The notes beneath the pieces were generated by a model, which saw nothing but the letters and a program-made list of their open reading frames with translations, made no database searches and was not told the origin of the DNA. Below, in pieces: positions 1-13,044 of a stretch of 64,000 nucleotides of DNA. How positions within the stretch are numbered: the stretch's first letter is position 1; every line of letters starts with the position of its first letter. The stretch lies in contig OZ059897.1 in assembly GCA_964057225.1 (NCBI GenBank), positions 8,618,001 through 8,682,000 on the forward strand, given 5' to 3'. The stretch is from Auanema rhodensis. Taxonomy: Eukaryota > Animalia > Nematoda. The position numbers and the translations under genes were made by a program.

Positions 1-1716
1 ATAAAGGAAGATTTTTAAGAATTATAATAAGATTATTACCTATTAACTACAAGATAAATATCTTGATCTTGAGGTGGAACTATATATGTTAGCATCTTAG
101 CTTTTCCAGCTGGTATAACAGTTGTTATCATATCTTCAACAGCAGGAGTTTCCTTAGATGGTGTCCAATACAGATTAATAGGAATTGGATCAAATGGAAT
201 ATTCAATCGATCTCTGTAATCATCATTCATAAGACTTTCGAACAAGAGTTAGCTAGTTGTCCTACCTGCACATAGCATCTCCATTAGCATCAACCAATGT
301 TCCTCCCCAATGCTTAGGAATATTCTGTGGAAGAGCATGCTACAAATAAATTTTAGTATTACAGTAGGCTAAATCTAAAAAATTACCTTCTGTATAACTG
401 ATTGCCAATCGTTTGAGCCAAAAATTTGGACTTTATTTCTAGTTCTTTCTGGAAGAAGTGGTCCAATAGCCTGTAAAAGAAGGGGAATTCTTTATTTTTT
501 ATCCAAATAATGTATTATTACCTTCCAGATGATAGTCATAAAGGATGGAGCATTAACAATAAACATTTTATCAATCCATTCAGGATAATTTGTATAAACT
601 GATGCCCATAATATACGATATGGTCCTGAAATTCCACGATAATCCCTCGTAATTTTTGAGCTTCTAACTCACCGGTCACAATACTTAACAAAGATGGATC
701 AAATTTGAGACCTTCTAAGTCCAGAATATAAATGACGGCAGCCTTAAATCAATCTCACTTTCAGCATTTTGATGGAAATGATTCACCTGTTTTCCACTTT
801 TCTTCTCAACTTCATTCATGGCCTTCAACATTTTCTCTTGAAAACGATATCTGAATCATATACATGTCAACTTGTATCATTCAATCTTTGGAAATTAGTA
901 CCTTTGGATCAAAAAGTCAGACAAATGAACCGATTTCAAGATACCCATTAAGTCAATGCGTCCTGCACATTCTATTACAAGTAAGTTATTGGCAAGTCCA
1001 GTCTCTCCTAGAAAGACATACTTGTAGAATTATCTTGTTCAATCAGATGTTTTTTTCGGAATCTAACAAGGACAATTGAGAGTTAATAAGAAAGTTTCAG
1101 TGTACTTTGTAAAATGACTTACGTTACCATGATATTCACGTGAGCAATTAAGACAGAAAGTGAGATAGATAGATAAAGAAAGAGAGTGAGAGAAGAGAAA
1201 GAAAGAGAGAAGGGTCATTTGAGTTTTTTTGAACATTCAAAGCAGTTTTTACTCACGTATCTAGATGTTTACACAAAGAATAATGAAGTTTCTACTTCCC
1301 ATTCCAAAAAAAAGGAACAAAGTTTAACTTCCGGTCACTAACATGATAAGATAAACTAACCAACTAATCCTATTGGAAAGTATTTCTTCAGGATTTCATG
1401 CTCTTTTATTTTTTCAGCATTATCCAAATCATAAAATCGTCTAAATTTGAGATGGCGTGATATTTCTTCTGTGGCTTCTTCCAAATGGAAGCCATAGCCC
1501 TGAAACATGTTGAAAAGTTAATTATAAACATTTGGAAAAGCTGTATAGTACCTGTGCCCAACGAAGAAGATTAAAATCCGTTCCAAACTGATCTGATAAC
1601 AATTCCTTACACTAAAAACATCAAATTTGAATGAATATTCTTCATCGAAGATTAAATAAAGATTGTTTTACTTCTTTTCTAAGATATGCAACAGCATGTT
1701 TCTCCTCTTCATTCAT
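1..1716 (-). CDS. CRAL-TRIO (Sec14-like) lipid-binding protein, probably with C-terminal GOLD domain; multi-exon, 3' end outside window
   Basis: ATG at 1716 after a TTTCAG acceptor (~1755). Spliced exons read MNEEEKHAVAYLRKE..., TDFNLLRWAQGYG, KYFPIGLVGETG..LLVIECAGRIDLMG, AVIYILDLEGLKFDP, NYPEWIDKMFIVNAPSF, AIGPLLPERTRNKV, NIPKHWGGTL: typical Sec14/CRAL-TRIO motifs. Confidence 0.9.
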
Positions 1717-1979
1717 GATGATTCTTGTCTCGTTGTAAATAGCCGAAAGGGATCTGAAACACAATGCTAGATATTTGAAATATCGTCAAATGGAATAAGC
1801 TAAAACGAATATGATAATACGAAAATGCAAAAAGAATGAAGCAGAAAATTGTCATTTTATCCAAAGCAAATCATACTGGTCATAATACGGGTTTTTGAAG
1901 CTAAATAGTTGTTAGCTATATGTGTATAGTTAGCTATTTATTTACATGTCTCACAGGTTTTTTTCTGTTTTAGATGAAG

Positions 1980-2087
1980 CGCTATAGCTCTCAACTACTC
2001 ACATTTTGATAACGTAGTAATTGGACAACTTCAATGGAACGGGATATTGTTTCTGAACAATCAACTAAATCTATGAGAGCTATAGCG
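1980..2087. repeat. 108-bp segment bounded by a perfect 14-bp inverted repeat (MITE-like or hairpin)
   Basis: CGCTATAGCTCTCA (1980-1993) and TGAGAGCTATAGCG (2074-2087). No clear target-site duplication. Confidence 0.6.
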
Positions 2088-2927
2088 ACTGATGTGGCTA
2101 ACAACTTTTCGTTTCGAGGTTAGCATCTCTCGCGCACGAATGCTATTAAATGATCTTTTTTTTGGATGGAAAAACGATGAATAGCATTTGACATAGTTAG
2201 CATGGTTAGCGAAAAATTGCCGGATTAGAACTGTAGTACGGAGTGATTGCGATGGATATGAAAGAAAGTTGAAAATGAAAACATTTTGTAATAAATGGAA
2301 AACGATTTATGAGACTTTGTTTTGAAAATAATTCAAATTTTCATAAATCTATTAATAAATTTAGGTTAACTATCTTCAGATAGGATTATATTATTCTATA
2401 AAGTTGAATTAAAAATATGACACAGAGTATATATTTGGAAAATAAGTCATTTTTGAATCAAAATGGAGAAGGCAAGATTGGGGAAACAATCAACTTGGGA
2501 GCATAATCACGGACAAGTCAACTGAGAGTACTGGCCATTGAGGCAGATTCATATAGGTAGATTGAAATAAGATTGTTAAAAACAGGAAAAAACGGTAAAA
2601 TGGAACTAAACTGGAAAATGAAGTGAAATGGCGTATCAAAGAATGAGAAGCATAATAGAAGTCAACACTTGAGAATACAACAAGATAGTAAAACGATAGG
2701 GATGGAGAAGAAGAAACATGTCTCCATAACTGATGAGGTCGAGAATGAAATTATTGAAACAGCGGCAAAACAGATGAAGTTGGGAGTTTTGAAAGATTTT
2801 AGCGTTTGATATGATGTTCTCAAATAACATGTTGAGCAAGTTGAACAGTAAGTTACCCTTGTCCTCACCTGATCTTTCATTCTCTTTTTCCTCCACTCTC
2901 TGGCATAGTCTCTTTTTCCCTTTCTAT

Positions 2928-2969
2928 CTCTTTCTCCCTCTATCCTTCTCTCTCTCTCTCTCTCTCTCT
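2928..2969. repeat. (TC)n-rich microsatellite
   Basis: Direct reading of the TCTCTC tract. Confidence 0.85.
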
Positions 2970-4946
2970 TACCGTTCTTTCTTATTTCGATAATGAAGAG
3001 CTGAAGTAAAGAAAAGAAATCAACACAAGACAGTTTTAATGAACTAAGAAGAGCTTTATATGAAGATCGTAAGAAAGAGATCATTATTTGAAATCAAAAT
3101 AGGATATTAGCCAAGAATATAAAAGAAGAAGCGAACTAAATTCTCATAACTAAAGCTTCATATCTTAGGCAAAATCTGATGGTTTTTGAAATTTCGACAG
3201 TCAAAATTCTTATGATATCATTTTGATCTAACGAGAAAGATCTTGTTCTCGAAACATATGATGGAAAGGGCAAAAGGCATGAGATTGACCAGCTAACTAG
3301 ATAGTAGTCATTCAATTTCTCTGGCTTTTACGATCTTGACATCTTGGAATATCATCATCCAATTGCAACGCATCCTGACTACACACAAATGGATGATCAT
3401 TGAGAACATTTGATAAGAGATTAGAAACAATGACATTTTCAAAGTATAGATACATAAGAGAGGACGACGTATCTTTTGGCTTGAACAGAGAATGAAATGA
3501 ACTGATGAAGGTGTCGTCGTTATGGCTGGAAACCCATTTGACAGATGACCTATTTTGAACAATTGATATTGCTTATTCAATAGAACATCATCATTTTGTG
3601 GATAAAATTTGATATTACAATAATATTGAAATGAAACTAAACATTCAACGTGTAAAGAAAAAAATTATGGCAAATCTGGCTAAGTTGAAGTTGAACTTCG
3701 TGATGTAATTGCTCGAAAAAGGTCGCAAGATCAATATTACTAACATGATAGAGGAAGTGGATGATAGAGACTAATGATCCAAAGTTCTCTTAACAGTTGA
3801 TTGAATACTTTGAAAAGCCCGTAAACGATGTATAACATGTATAAATAGAAAAGTTTATTTTACTTAAAAGGATAAATGAATTAATTAAAGGATTAAGATG
3901 CTATGACCTATGATGAGGATGAATAGTTTCAGATGCAAATGAGATGTAAATGAATGTAAAAAGACTAGATGAAACATGTATGATTTTGAACGGAATACAA
4001 TAGATCGGGATGTGTCCAAGGACAAGGTCAATCGTCCTATTGGTTGATGATAAGCTGATCATCATCGATCTCGTAATCATCTGTTACTTTCATCTTCGCA
4101 AGAAATAAAGAGAGAAAGAGAAAGAGAGAGGGGGGAATGGGGTGTGGAGGAAGGGGGAATGGTAAGGTAAGAAAGAAGGGTTGCAGAAAATTTGAAAAAG
4201 GAAACACAGAATAGAAACTGTTATGCAATACAGACGTATATATATATACACACATATGTATTCATATAAATTAAAAATTACTCACTTCATTTCATATTAT
4301 ATGATATAATTAAGTTGAAAAACAATAGTTTTCTTTGTTTATTATTCAATTTTGATAGAAAAATGTCGTCATAAGTCAAACTCTTATCTACAATTTAGAT
4401 TTAGGAACTTTAAAACAGTTCAGTTCATCAACATCAATGGACCGGAAACTTGATCATATTTTAAATTACCGTCGTCATCTTCCAGAGTTGATCAAATACT
4501 ACAAAATACCATTTGGCTGAATGACATAAGATAACTATCTTTCTTGTTTTAACTTACTTTTCTATTTGAAAAACAAGTCTTTTGAGGTGAAAATAGCTAA
4601 AGAAAAGCAATTCTATTCACAATATAACCTCGATAGATATGATAAATAATATTATTTTTTAAATATTTTTATAGATTTATTTTAAAAAAGTTTTATTCTA
4701 TTATGAAGTTTATTTATTTTAGAATTTAAATACAAATTTAATGTTTAATTATATCCTGAGATAAGGAAGATCTTGAATTCCAATTATAGATGTTTGAAAG
4801 CTTTTATCGAAACTTATATTCTGAAACAACTGGAAACATACTATATGCTATTTCATGTATTAGATTTAGTCAGATATAACAAGATTTTCAAGAAATTGTT
4901 TATTTCATATGAAATTTGATAATTATTACTAAAAGATTTATATAAG

Positions 4947-5080
4947 TTATGTGCATTTTATACATTCTCCTGCTTCATTTCTTTTAAAACCTTTATGTGA
5001 TGGACATTGGCAACGACCAGGTTGGCAGGCTCTAACACAAGCCTGAAATGGGATTTTTTAAAATTAAAATTGAGAGAAAG

Positions 5081-5148
<68 letters not shown>

Positions 5149-5586
5149 AGTGAGAGAAAGAGAGCGAGAGAAAAGAAGTTTTCATTGACAAAGTAAATTA
5201 GTTCTCACCTTACGAGGTTTTCCACATTCATCTTCACATGAAGAACATTCCATCCAAACCTCGTTAGTAGCACCTGAACGAAATAGGTTAAACGGTTTTA
5301 AACAACGAAAAAGTTGAAGAACTTCTCCAACTAAGATGTTAAAGTGTAAAATTAGCTTACATTCATGTTGCTCAACTACTTCATCTTGAATAATATCATC
5401 ATCATAAACAGTATCCCCTAAGGTAAGAGCTAATGGAATAGTAATAAGCTGAAAAAAAATGATATCATGATAAACACCATATGATTGGTTTAGATGAGAA
5501 CTAAAAAATTATTAAACTAAAGGCAAAAGTAAATGTATTTTTAGAAAATAAAACAAAACACTAACCAATACAATCCACATATTCAT
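4947..5586 (-). CDS. Secreted TIL-domain (Ascaris-type trypsin-inhibitor-like) cysteine-rich peptide, 4 exons
   Basis: Spliced: MNMWIVL|LITIPLALTLGDTVYDDDIIQDEVVEQHE|CATNEVWMECSSCEDECGKPRK|ACVRACQPGRCQCPSHKGFKRNEAGECIKCT*. Signal peptide, 10 Cys in TIL spacing, all intron phases compatible. Confidence 0.9.
5072..5170. repeat. (GA)n microsatellite inside the last intron of the TIL gene
   Basis: Long AGAGAG tract, pure core ~5092-5143. Confidence 0.95.
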
Positions 5587-6218
5587 CTTGACGTTTAGAA
5601 ACCGTTGATAATGGGTACTTCTGTATAGGACTATAGTTCAGTTAAATAGGATTGAGATGGACAGTCTATGGTGTCTATATATGTAGTTAGTCTTTCATGC
5701 CCATAATGCTATCGGTCATGGCCATAATACACAAGTAAACTCGTTTTCAACAACTGAAATCTATGCTGTATGTATGCTTTTTAGACATTAGGTCATTTGT
5801 ACACATAAGTAAACCTTTTGTATATTCAGTATAACTAGTTAATTCAAATGGCAGGACAATTGGTTAAAAACGACGAAAAAAACAAGAAAAACATTTAGCA
5901 AAAGCCATTCATCATACTGATATGATGAAAGAGATAGGAAAAGAATCACCAATGTTTGAAATTATGATGTTCCGATAGAAACTTTAATTAATCATTGTTT
6001 GCTAATTTTTATTATTTTTGTTCTTCTTGAAATATGTTTTAAAAAATACAAATTTTACATTAAATTCTTAAAAATATATAAAATTCTAACAAAGATACTT
6101 CAATAACTGTAATTTCCTCTTGTTTCAGCTGATCCCTGGTCGTAAGAATTGAAACACGAGAGAGTGTTGTGCAAACGGAGAGCTACTCCACCGCTAAAGT
6201 GCAGTTTTTTCATAAGCC

Positions 6219-6243
6219 AAACCTGAACGAGATACGGCGCAGC
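6219..6243 (+). promoter_or_regulatory. Putative snRNA-type proximal sequence element (PSE) of the U3 gene
   Basis: AAACCTGAACGAGATACGGCGCAGC about 40-60 nt upstream of the U3 start. Position and loose resemblance to the bipartite nematode snRNA PSE. Confidence 0.4.
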
Positions 6244-6280
6244 AATCTATCATGCAGTTTGAAGAAGTTGAAAACTTCGA

Positions 6281-6461
6281 AATCATACTACACAGAATCA
6301 TTTCTGTAGTTTGTATTTCACATTCCCTTTTAAACCTCGACACATGTCGTCCGCGGTGAACGGGATATGAGCTGGCTGCGAGCGTGAAGAACTTCTTCGA
6401 AGTTGATGACCGCGGGCTGACCGGCAACGGATGGCTTTTGTAGCCCGCTCGTCTGAGCGGT
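6281..6461 (+). ncRNA. U3: U3 small nucleolar RNA
   Basis: 5' ATCATACT (box A'), box A AATCATTTCTGTAGT (6296-6310), terminal stem CCGC (6351-54)/GCGG (6457-60) enclosing box C' GGTGAA and box D CTGA (6453-56), box B GAGCGTGAAG (6380-89), box C TTGATGA (6403-09), and internal stem GAGCTGGCTGC/GTAGCCCGCTC. Confidence 0.9.
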
Positions 6462-6909
6462 TTTAAGAAACACAATTTCAGGTGGAAAGTGAGTACAACA
6501 TGAAACTTTCGCTTTCTTTCCTTTTCTCATATTTTTTGAAACAAACATGAACAATATAGTAAAAAGGTTTTTTTTTGCAAAAGTAATCAATTACTAAAAT
6601 ATAAAATATATATTTTAATCTAGAAATTGGTAGAAATAGTATTCTTCTCATGATATACATTGTTTTTAATTCTCAATATACAATAATATATGCTGAATGT
6701 GCAAATTCTGATTTACAATTCGTTAAATTGCATCTTTTCTTCAATATGTTGTGTTATTGCATTTCAATTCATCAACTGACTTCTTAAAGAAATCAATAAT
6801 TTTGTTTTAAATAAGTGCCATGTTGTGTTTATTCCTATCTTTCTCGTTATCATTTACTTTTGCGCGAGTATAAAGCAGTTATTTTATCTTTTTGTTCTTA
6901 GATTTTGAT

Positions 6910-8746
6910 ATGATACGTGATCTATTTCTACTTGGTGTGCTGTAGGTTTACTAAATACATATTACAAAATAAATTTCATGTTTTTACAGTGGACTTCTGT
7001 CGTCTGGAATTTTCTTATATTTACGACCAGAAGACAAGGGAAGCATAAATCCACAACCATATACGTGAGTTATTCACGTGAAAATTGAGAAAATTTATTT
7101 TTCATTTAGTCTGCCTGAACCGCCAAAACTGGTCGGTCCTCTTACGCCAAACACTGTATTGCAAAATGCTGAATACATACTGGAAGATAAAATCGAAGGC
7201 CCTGAATCGTTAGTTGTTCATCAAGGTGAGATTTTAACTCATTATATATATATACATTCAAGTTGTTTTGAAACAACCTGATTATCTTGATAAAGTTATT
7301 TATTTACATTATATGTTGAGAACTCACTCTTCCAGGTTTCATTTATGCAACTCTACATAATGGTGAAATTGTAAAAATTCAAAATGGAAAGGTTATTCAA
7401 ACTTTGAAATTAACAGTAGAAAGAAACTGTGGTTAGTCAAAAACTTCTCAATGTCTCTAAGAACATGTTTTACTTGTTAAACAATCTTTTTATGAAAAAT
7501 ATGTACTTTTAGGTAGCTTTGAAGGTGAATCACGATGTGGGCGACCACTGGGTATCAGAAGGCTTAAAGATGAACAATTTGTTGTGGTTGATGCTTATTT
7601 GGGCGTTTATTTGATTGACTTTGCATCAAGTGTGTTTTTTTTTACTGTTATTTATGTTTCAGTGTTTTTTAACAAACTTTTTGTCTTAATGGCCTCACAG
7701 AACTGTTGCTTTTTCTGATGCCGATCTGTTTATTTACTTAAGTTTTTATTTAGAAAAAACAACTCAACTTATAAATAGCCGCATTCCAATTGCTGGAAAA
7801 CCCGCTAAATTCTTAAATGATTTGGATGTTTGTAAATAATATAATATTTAAAAAATATTTTATTCTGTTTCAGATCCTCAATGACGACGAATTCGTATTC
7901 AGTGATAGCTCACCTCGGTGGGAAAGACGAAATGTGATGAGTTTGATATTAGAGCAGGTACCCGAAGGAAGGTAATGAACAAACATTTTTATTACTATTA
8001 TATATATATATATATATATTTAAGAGTTTTTAAACATAAAATTTCTACAAAAGAAACTACAGTATTGTTGGATGGTTTGTATTTCCCTAATGGAGTTCAA
8101 TTATTAGAAAACAAAGAAGAGTTACTAATTTCTGAGTGTACTATGGCTCGAATCAAAAAGTATGAAATTGCACTTAATGTAATATTAGATGAAAATCTTT
8201 AGATTCAACTTGAAGACAGGTAAAGTTAGTATGTTTGCTGAAAATCTTCCGGGGTTGCCTGATAATATTCGAGCTGATGACACAGGAAGAGTTTATGTCG
8301 GATTAGCATGTTTGTTTTTTTCTGCAAATATATCTTAGTTAAAAAATTTTACATTTTAAGCTGTAAGACATGACGGAAAAAAATCTCTATTAGATAGAAT
8401 TGGTAACTTTACCAATCTTCGCCATTTCCTCATTAAGGCATATTCAACTCGATTTAAGAATTTTCATTGCTTTCTCTTCAGGTATTTGATGGCAGATTCT
8501 GGAACTTTGTGTTTGACTATGTCTCTACAAAACAAGGAATTGTTCTTGAGTTTAACCAATCAGGAAAGCTTACTAGATCTTTTCATGATCCAACTGGTCT
8601 CAAGGTCACGGATGTTTCTCAGGTAAAAAATAAGATTAAAAGTATATAGTTTACATGAAAGATTATAGGTTGTACGTGATGGAAATAATTTATATTTGGG
8701 TAGTTTCCGACATTCCTTCATTGCTAAAGTTGTACTGAAAGAATAG
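6910..8746 (+). CDS. Strictosidine-synthase-like / APMAP (hemomucin-like) type II membrane protein, multi-exon
   Basis: N-terminal TM segment, then GPLTPNTVLQNAE, EGPESL, RCGRPLGIR, VVDAYLG, FLNDLDV, FSDSS, LDGLYFPNGVQL, ENLPGLPDNIR, SFHDPTG, LYLGSF; stop TAG 8744-8746. Confidence 0.92.
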
Positions 8747-11014
8747 CAATTTTAATTTTTTTTTCATATTTATTAAGATTCTCATATATACGGTTTCACA
8801 ATAAAAACATTTAAGCAAACATTCCTTGATCAAGAAATGAATCAGTTAAACTAGCGTTCTTCTGTATTGCTAAGCTATAGTAAAGACGTCTTATGCCTCT
8901 TCCTCTGTTCAATGAAAGAATTCATTTCAAATATCACACATGACTTTTAACCTTTTCTATGTTCTCTATGAGCTATGTGTACGATCTGAACTTTTAGCTC
9001 CCCAATGTACATCATGACGAAGACATCTCTTTAGCATAACGATACAAAGGTGGTTCAGGCTGTGTGTATATGCGTGTGACAACGGCTGCCTCTGATTCTG
9101 AATCATCAAGCGTCATTGCACATTCTGTGTTCACAGTCTTCATACTACTCCGATGCTGAATGCCTTTCACTTTATATTTCCTATAGATATCTCGTTTATT
9201 CAACAATGTTCTTTTCATATAAATTGTCCAGTTTCAACATCATATAACAGTTGAATTTCTTTATTGAAATTTGTTGAAAAACAACTTGTAACTTGAGGAA
9301 ACGGATCACAGCTCGTTAATGGTTTCGTTCTGTTTATCATGTGTCAATGTTTTTGTTTTGTACTTAAATCCATCTCCTTATCAGTCTTTCCCCTTTAAAA
9401 GTTTAAACCTTTTTCTTTATTTGGCATATAATCGTCATCTTTTCCATACTATTTGTGCAAAGGCCCCTTCAAAAGCTTGTGTTAACACTCTATGCCTGTC
9501 ACCCTTTACCACACTTCTGGGTGGAAGTACTACCCTCTTCCTTCTTTCCAATGTGAATTTTGAGTTTGGAAAAGTTTTTAAATCTATACAAAATGATTTT
9601 AGAACATTTAGATTATTTGTAGTTCCTTAAATTCTTCAGAAACATAAATACAAACGTCTTCTAATAATTCATGACCAGAACCTAATCCGCTCGTCGTCTG
9701 TTTGCATTCATATGAAGTCAGATTACTCATATTTAGCATTCCTGACCAATCAGTTCAGCACAAACCAATAGATGCTTTATCAAAATGTGTAGGTAGATGT
9801 TAAACTATTTACCAAAATATTAAAAAATTATTAATTTCTTATTTATGTCATCAAGCGTCAAATGTTAAATGCATTATCAAACTTTTCTATTTGCACGCTT
9901 GCTATCTCGTGATTTCATTCAAATTCTTCCGTATTTCATAATGAAAAAAGAAATTATTTCTTATTATCGTTTATTCAATACAACTCACAATATCTTTTTG
10001 GTAAATTTATTTTCTTGCTTAGCTAACCCTACCAGTGTAAAGCACTATTGAGACCTGCTCTCATCTCTTCATATTGCTGCTCGTTTCGCTTCTTGATCGT
10101 CTTCTTCTACTTCATCTTCCAATTGTCCTCCCTCCACTACAATTCCTGTCATTTTTTTCTTTTTCTTCAACTCAAAATATTGTTTCGTAAGAGAAATAGT
10201 TAAGAATTGGACCTATAACTAATCGTATTGATGTCTATAAGCTATATTTATTCAAAAGACGAAAAATATGATCTCTATGATATTACATATAAGGATACGC
10301 CGCATAATTCAGATGTTTGAAGCTCATCCATATATGATTCAGACTTCCTATAATCATATGGAATAGTTCTCTTCTTTGTCGTTATCTATAATAACATATA
10401 TTTATAGTCCATTTTCTCTGTTAGATTCATCCTCTATCATCATGCGTCTGATCGAACATTTTATTTGCCGATCAACATCATCATCATCATCATCGTCTTG
10501 TCTGTTCAGACAGTGCTAAAGCTGTTCGTCAACAGCACTTTGTATCTCTCCCTCATCTTATTGCATGTTTCTTTCCATTCGACAACTATTTTCCCAACCA
10601 AGATATAGTCCGTTAAATTGATTTCATTTCATGATCTTGAGTTCTGATATAGCTACTTGTCTGTACTTTATCATAAACATTTCTATGATTTGACTGTAGC
10701 TATAGGACTTAGTATCCAGATTGACAGTGTTGAGATATTATCCTTGCTATATTCACAGTTACTAATACCCTTTGATTCTTTCACAAAACATCTGAATTTC
10801 AAAAAAAAAATGCTGGTCGTCTATGCACATAGACAACTAGATGTTCACGCCTCTCATTCTAAATAATATTTATCTAGCTTCTTCCGTTCCGTCTCTCGAT
10901 AGGTTTTTTACCATTCTGTCTACTATTTACATGGCTATTTTCCATTGAATTTCTTATTTGATTGTCTCCTGATTTTTTTGTCAACTTTTCAACTATTTTT
11001 ATATTTACAGTATT

Positions 11015-12389
11015 ATGGGAAATAGCCAATCATACGATCTTGTTGGTACTGAAAACCAAAAAAGTCGCGAGAAATCTCGTAAAAGTTTGGATGAAACATT
11101 GGTGAGTGAGGTCTACAGACAGTTCATCACATGTCAACAGAACTTTTGAACTTATTCCATTGTATTTCAGCCATCGTCTCCGTGCAAAACCGTTTCTATT
11201 CATAATACTTCCTCGCTTCGTCGTCCAAAACGTAAGCGAGACAAGACTCAGTTGAATGGAAATGAAGAGAACATCTCTGTGGATATAGAGAATTCAGGAA
11301 GAGAAAGTGGCATAGACGTCAGTCCATTATCTAACAGCCCAACAAGTTTGAACTCCTCATCGGAAACTGAACGACCAGATAGTGTGCTGAAGAGAACAGA
11401 TGAGTTTGAAACATCTCCAATCAGTGTACAGCCTTCTGAGTCCGCCTATGCTTCTAAGAATGATATTCATGAATTATCACATGATGACGACAACAGAAAT
11501 AATTCTGAAAATATTTCAATCAACACTGCTCACAATGTTTCATCAACATCTGCCCAACCTTCCCCCGCTTACCATCAATATGATTATGTTCCCGACGATT
11601 CAAATGTCGAAAGCATAGAAACTCTTAACCGGGTAGATGAACTTCAAAACACTCCTTTCCATGCTACTCAGTCAGCCACAGCTACCTTGGAAATCACAAT
11701 CGGTCCTGAGCACACTTCAGCAGTTCAAGAGTATGAGGTTATTGTCCCTGTTGAAGAAACAACAACAACAACAACAGCGACAAGTGAAGTGTCTGCATCA
11801 GGAGAGTCACAGGAACTCATCACTACCATCTCCGTATCCCCACCAGAGACGTTGTATAAAGCTGAAGAATTACCAAGCCAGTCTCTTGAAATCATCCGAG
11901 ATGTGCAAATTCCTGAAATTGTCACAAAAGAAGATGCCGTTCCCAATCTAGTTGTGACTAATGTTCAAACTTCCTCTTCTCCTTCTACAGAGTTGAATAC
12001 AGTAACTGATACAATTATAGAAATAGAAACACTTTATAAGGTTCCCGAGTTGGAGAATAGCAAAATAGTGAATCACCCAGTGATGGAAACAATGGATGAC
12101 AAGAGTAGAAAGAAAAAGGAAAAGAAATCAAGCCCAAAGACCAAAAGAAGCAAGCAGGCAGAAGAACCAAAACCTATTCATCATCCACCCACATCTGAAC
12201 TTCAACCAGAAAAGGGCGATTTCATTACTCAGCCAGAATCAGAAAATATTGTTTTTCAGGTAATTCTATATTTTATCTCATTCAACCTATTCATAATTTC
12301 AGATTCTGGAACGCCATATACCATTGCCAACCTTAACACCTGATGCTATTCCATTACAGAGCAGATATGATAAGCTTCCAGTACACTAG
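11015..12389 (+). CDS. Uncharacterised ~420-aa S/T/E-rich, probably disordered protein with N-myristoylation motif (3 exons: 11015-11101, 11171-12259, 12303-12389)
   Basis: TTTACAG acceptor then MGNSQSYDL; canonical phase-0 introns join the large 1089-nt exon (track ORF 11252-12343) to a final exon ending ...SRYDKLPVH*. Confidence 0.8.
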
Positions 12390-13044
12390 AAAACGAAGTT
12401 ATCATGTAAATGTTGGAAAATACCTATTTTGCTTTAACTCTATTGGAATACTCAGAAATATGTTTCTATAAGGATCAGCTCATTGTATGTTATATTGTAA
12501 ATTATTCTTCATTTTATGTACAATACTAGTTGATTGTAATTTATAATTAGTACAAAGAATAAAAAAATAAAAATTGATTATATATACATATATAATACAT
12601 TATATAATATTAAAAAATAATAATAAAATACTAAACCTGACATATTTACTATGCAACCGCTCTGTCACGTATTTAATTGCTAAATGATTATGACGCAGAA
12701 ATTCCAGCAGAAATTCCACGTAACATATAATATTATACACTTTATGTATTCTAATGAGATGTACAGACATGTTACATATTAGTATAAATATCTATTATCC
12801 TTTCTACAAATCATATATTATATCCATAAACAGTATAAATGTTTTTACAGCCGTTCGGAACAATTATTCTTACTATGTGACAATTCGATTGCTTGCTCAG
12901 TCATCAGCTTGTATGAAAGGGCTGTGTATGAGATATATCAATTCGTTTGTGAGTTTGACCACTTACTTCTATAAGCCTTTTTCAGTCATTCATTCACATA
13001 TAGAGAGTTGGTGAAGAAAGTTCACTAGCAATTTTTCTATCATC

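Noticed and set aside
2636-3084. ORFs of 86-140 aa (also 4958-5191, 28125-28609, 30243-30623)
   Set aside because: Produced by TC/GA/TA/CA microsatellites (ERERE, SLSLS, IYIYI, HTHT runs).
9012-10160. Coding-looking minus-strand patches (ORF 9012-9218, acidic 27-codon ORF near 10070-10150)
   Set aside because: I could not link them into a phase-consistent, stop-free gene model; no family motif.
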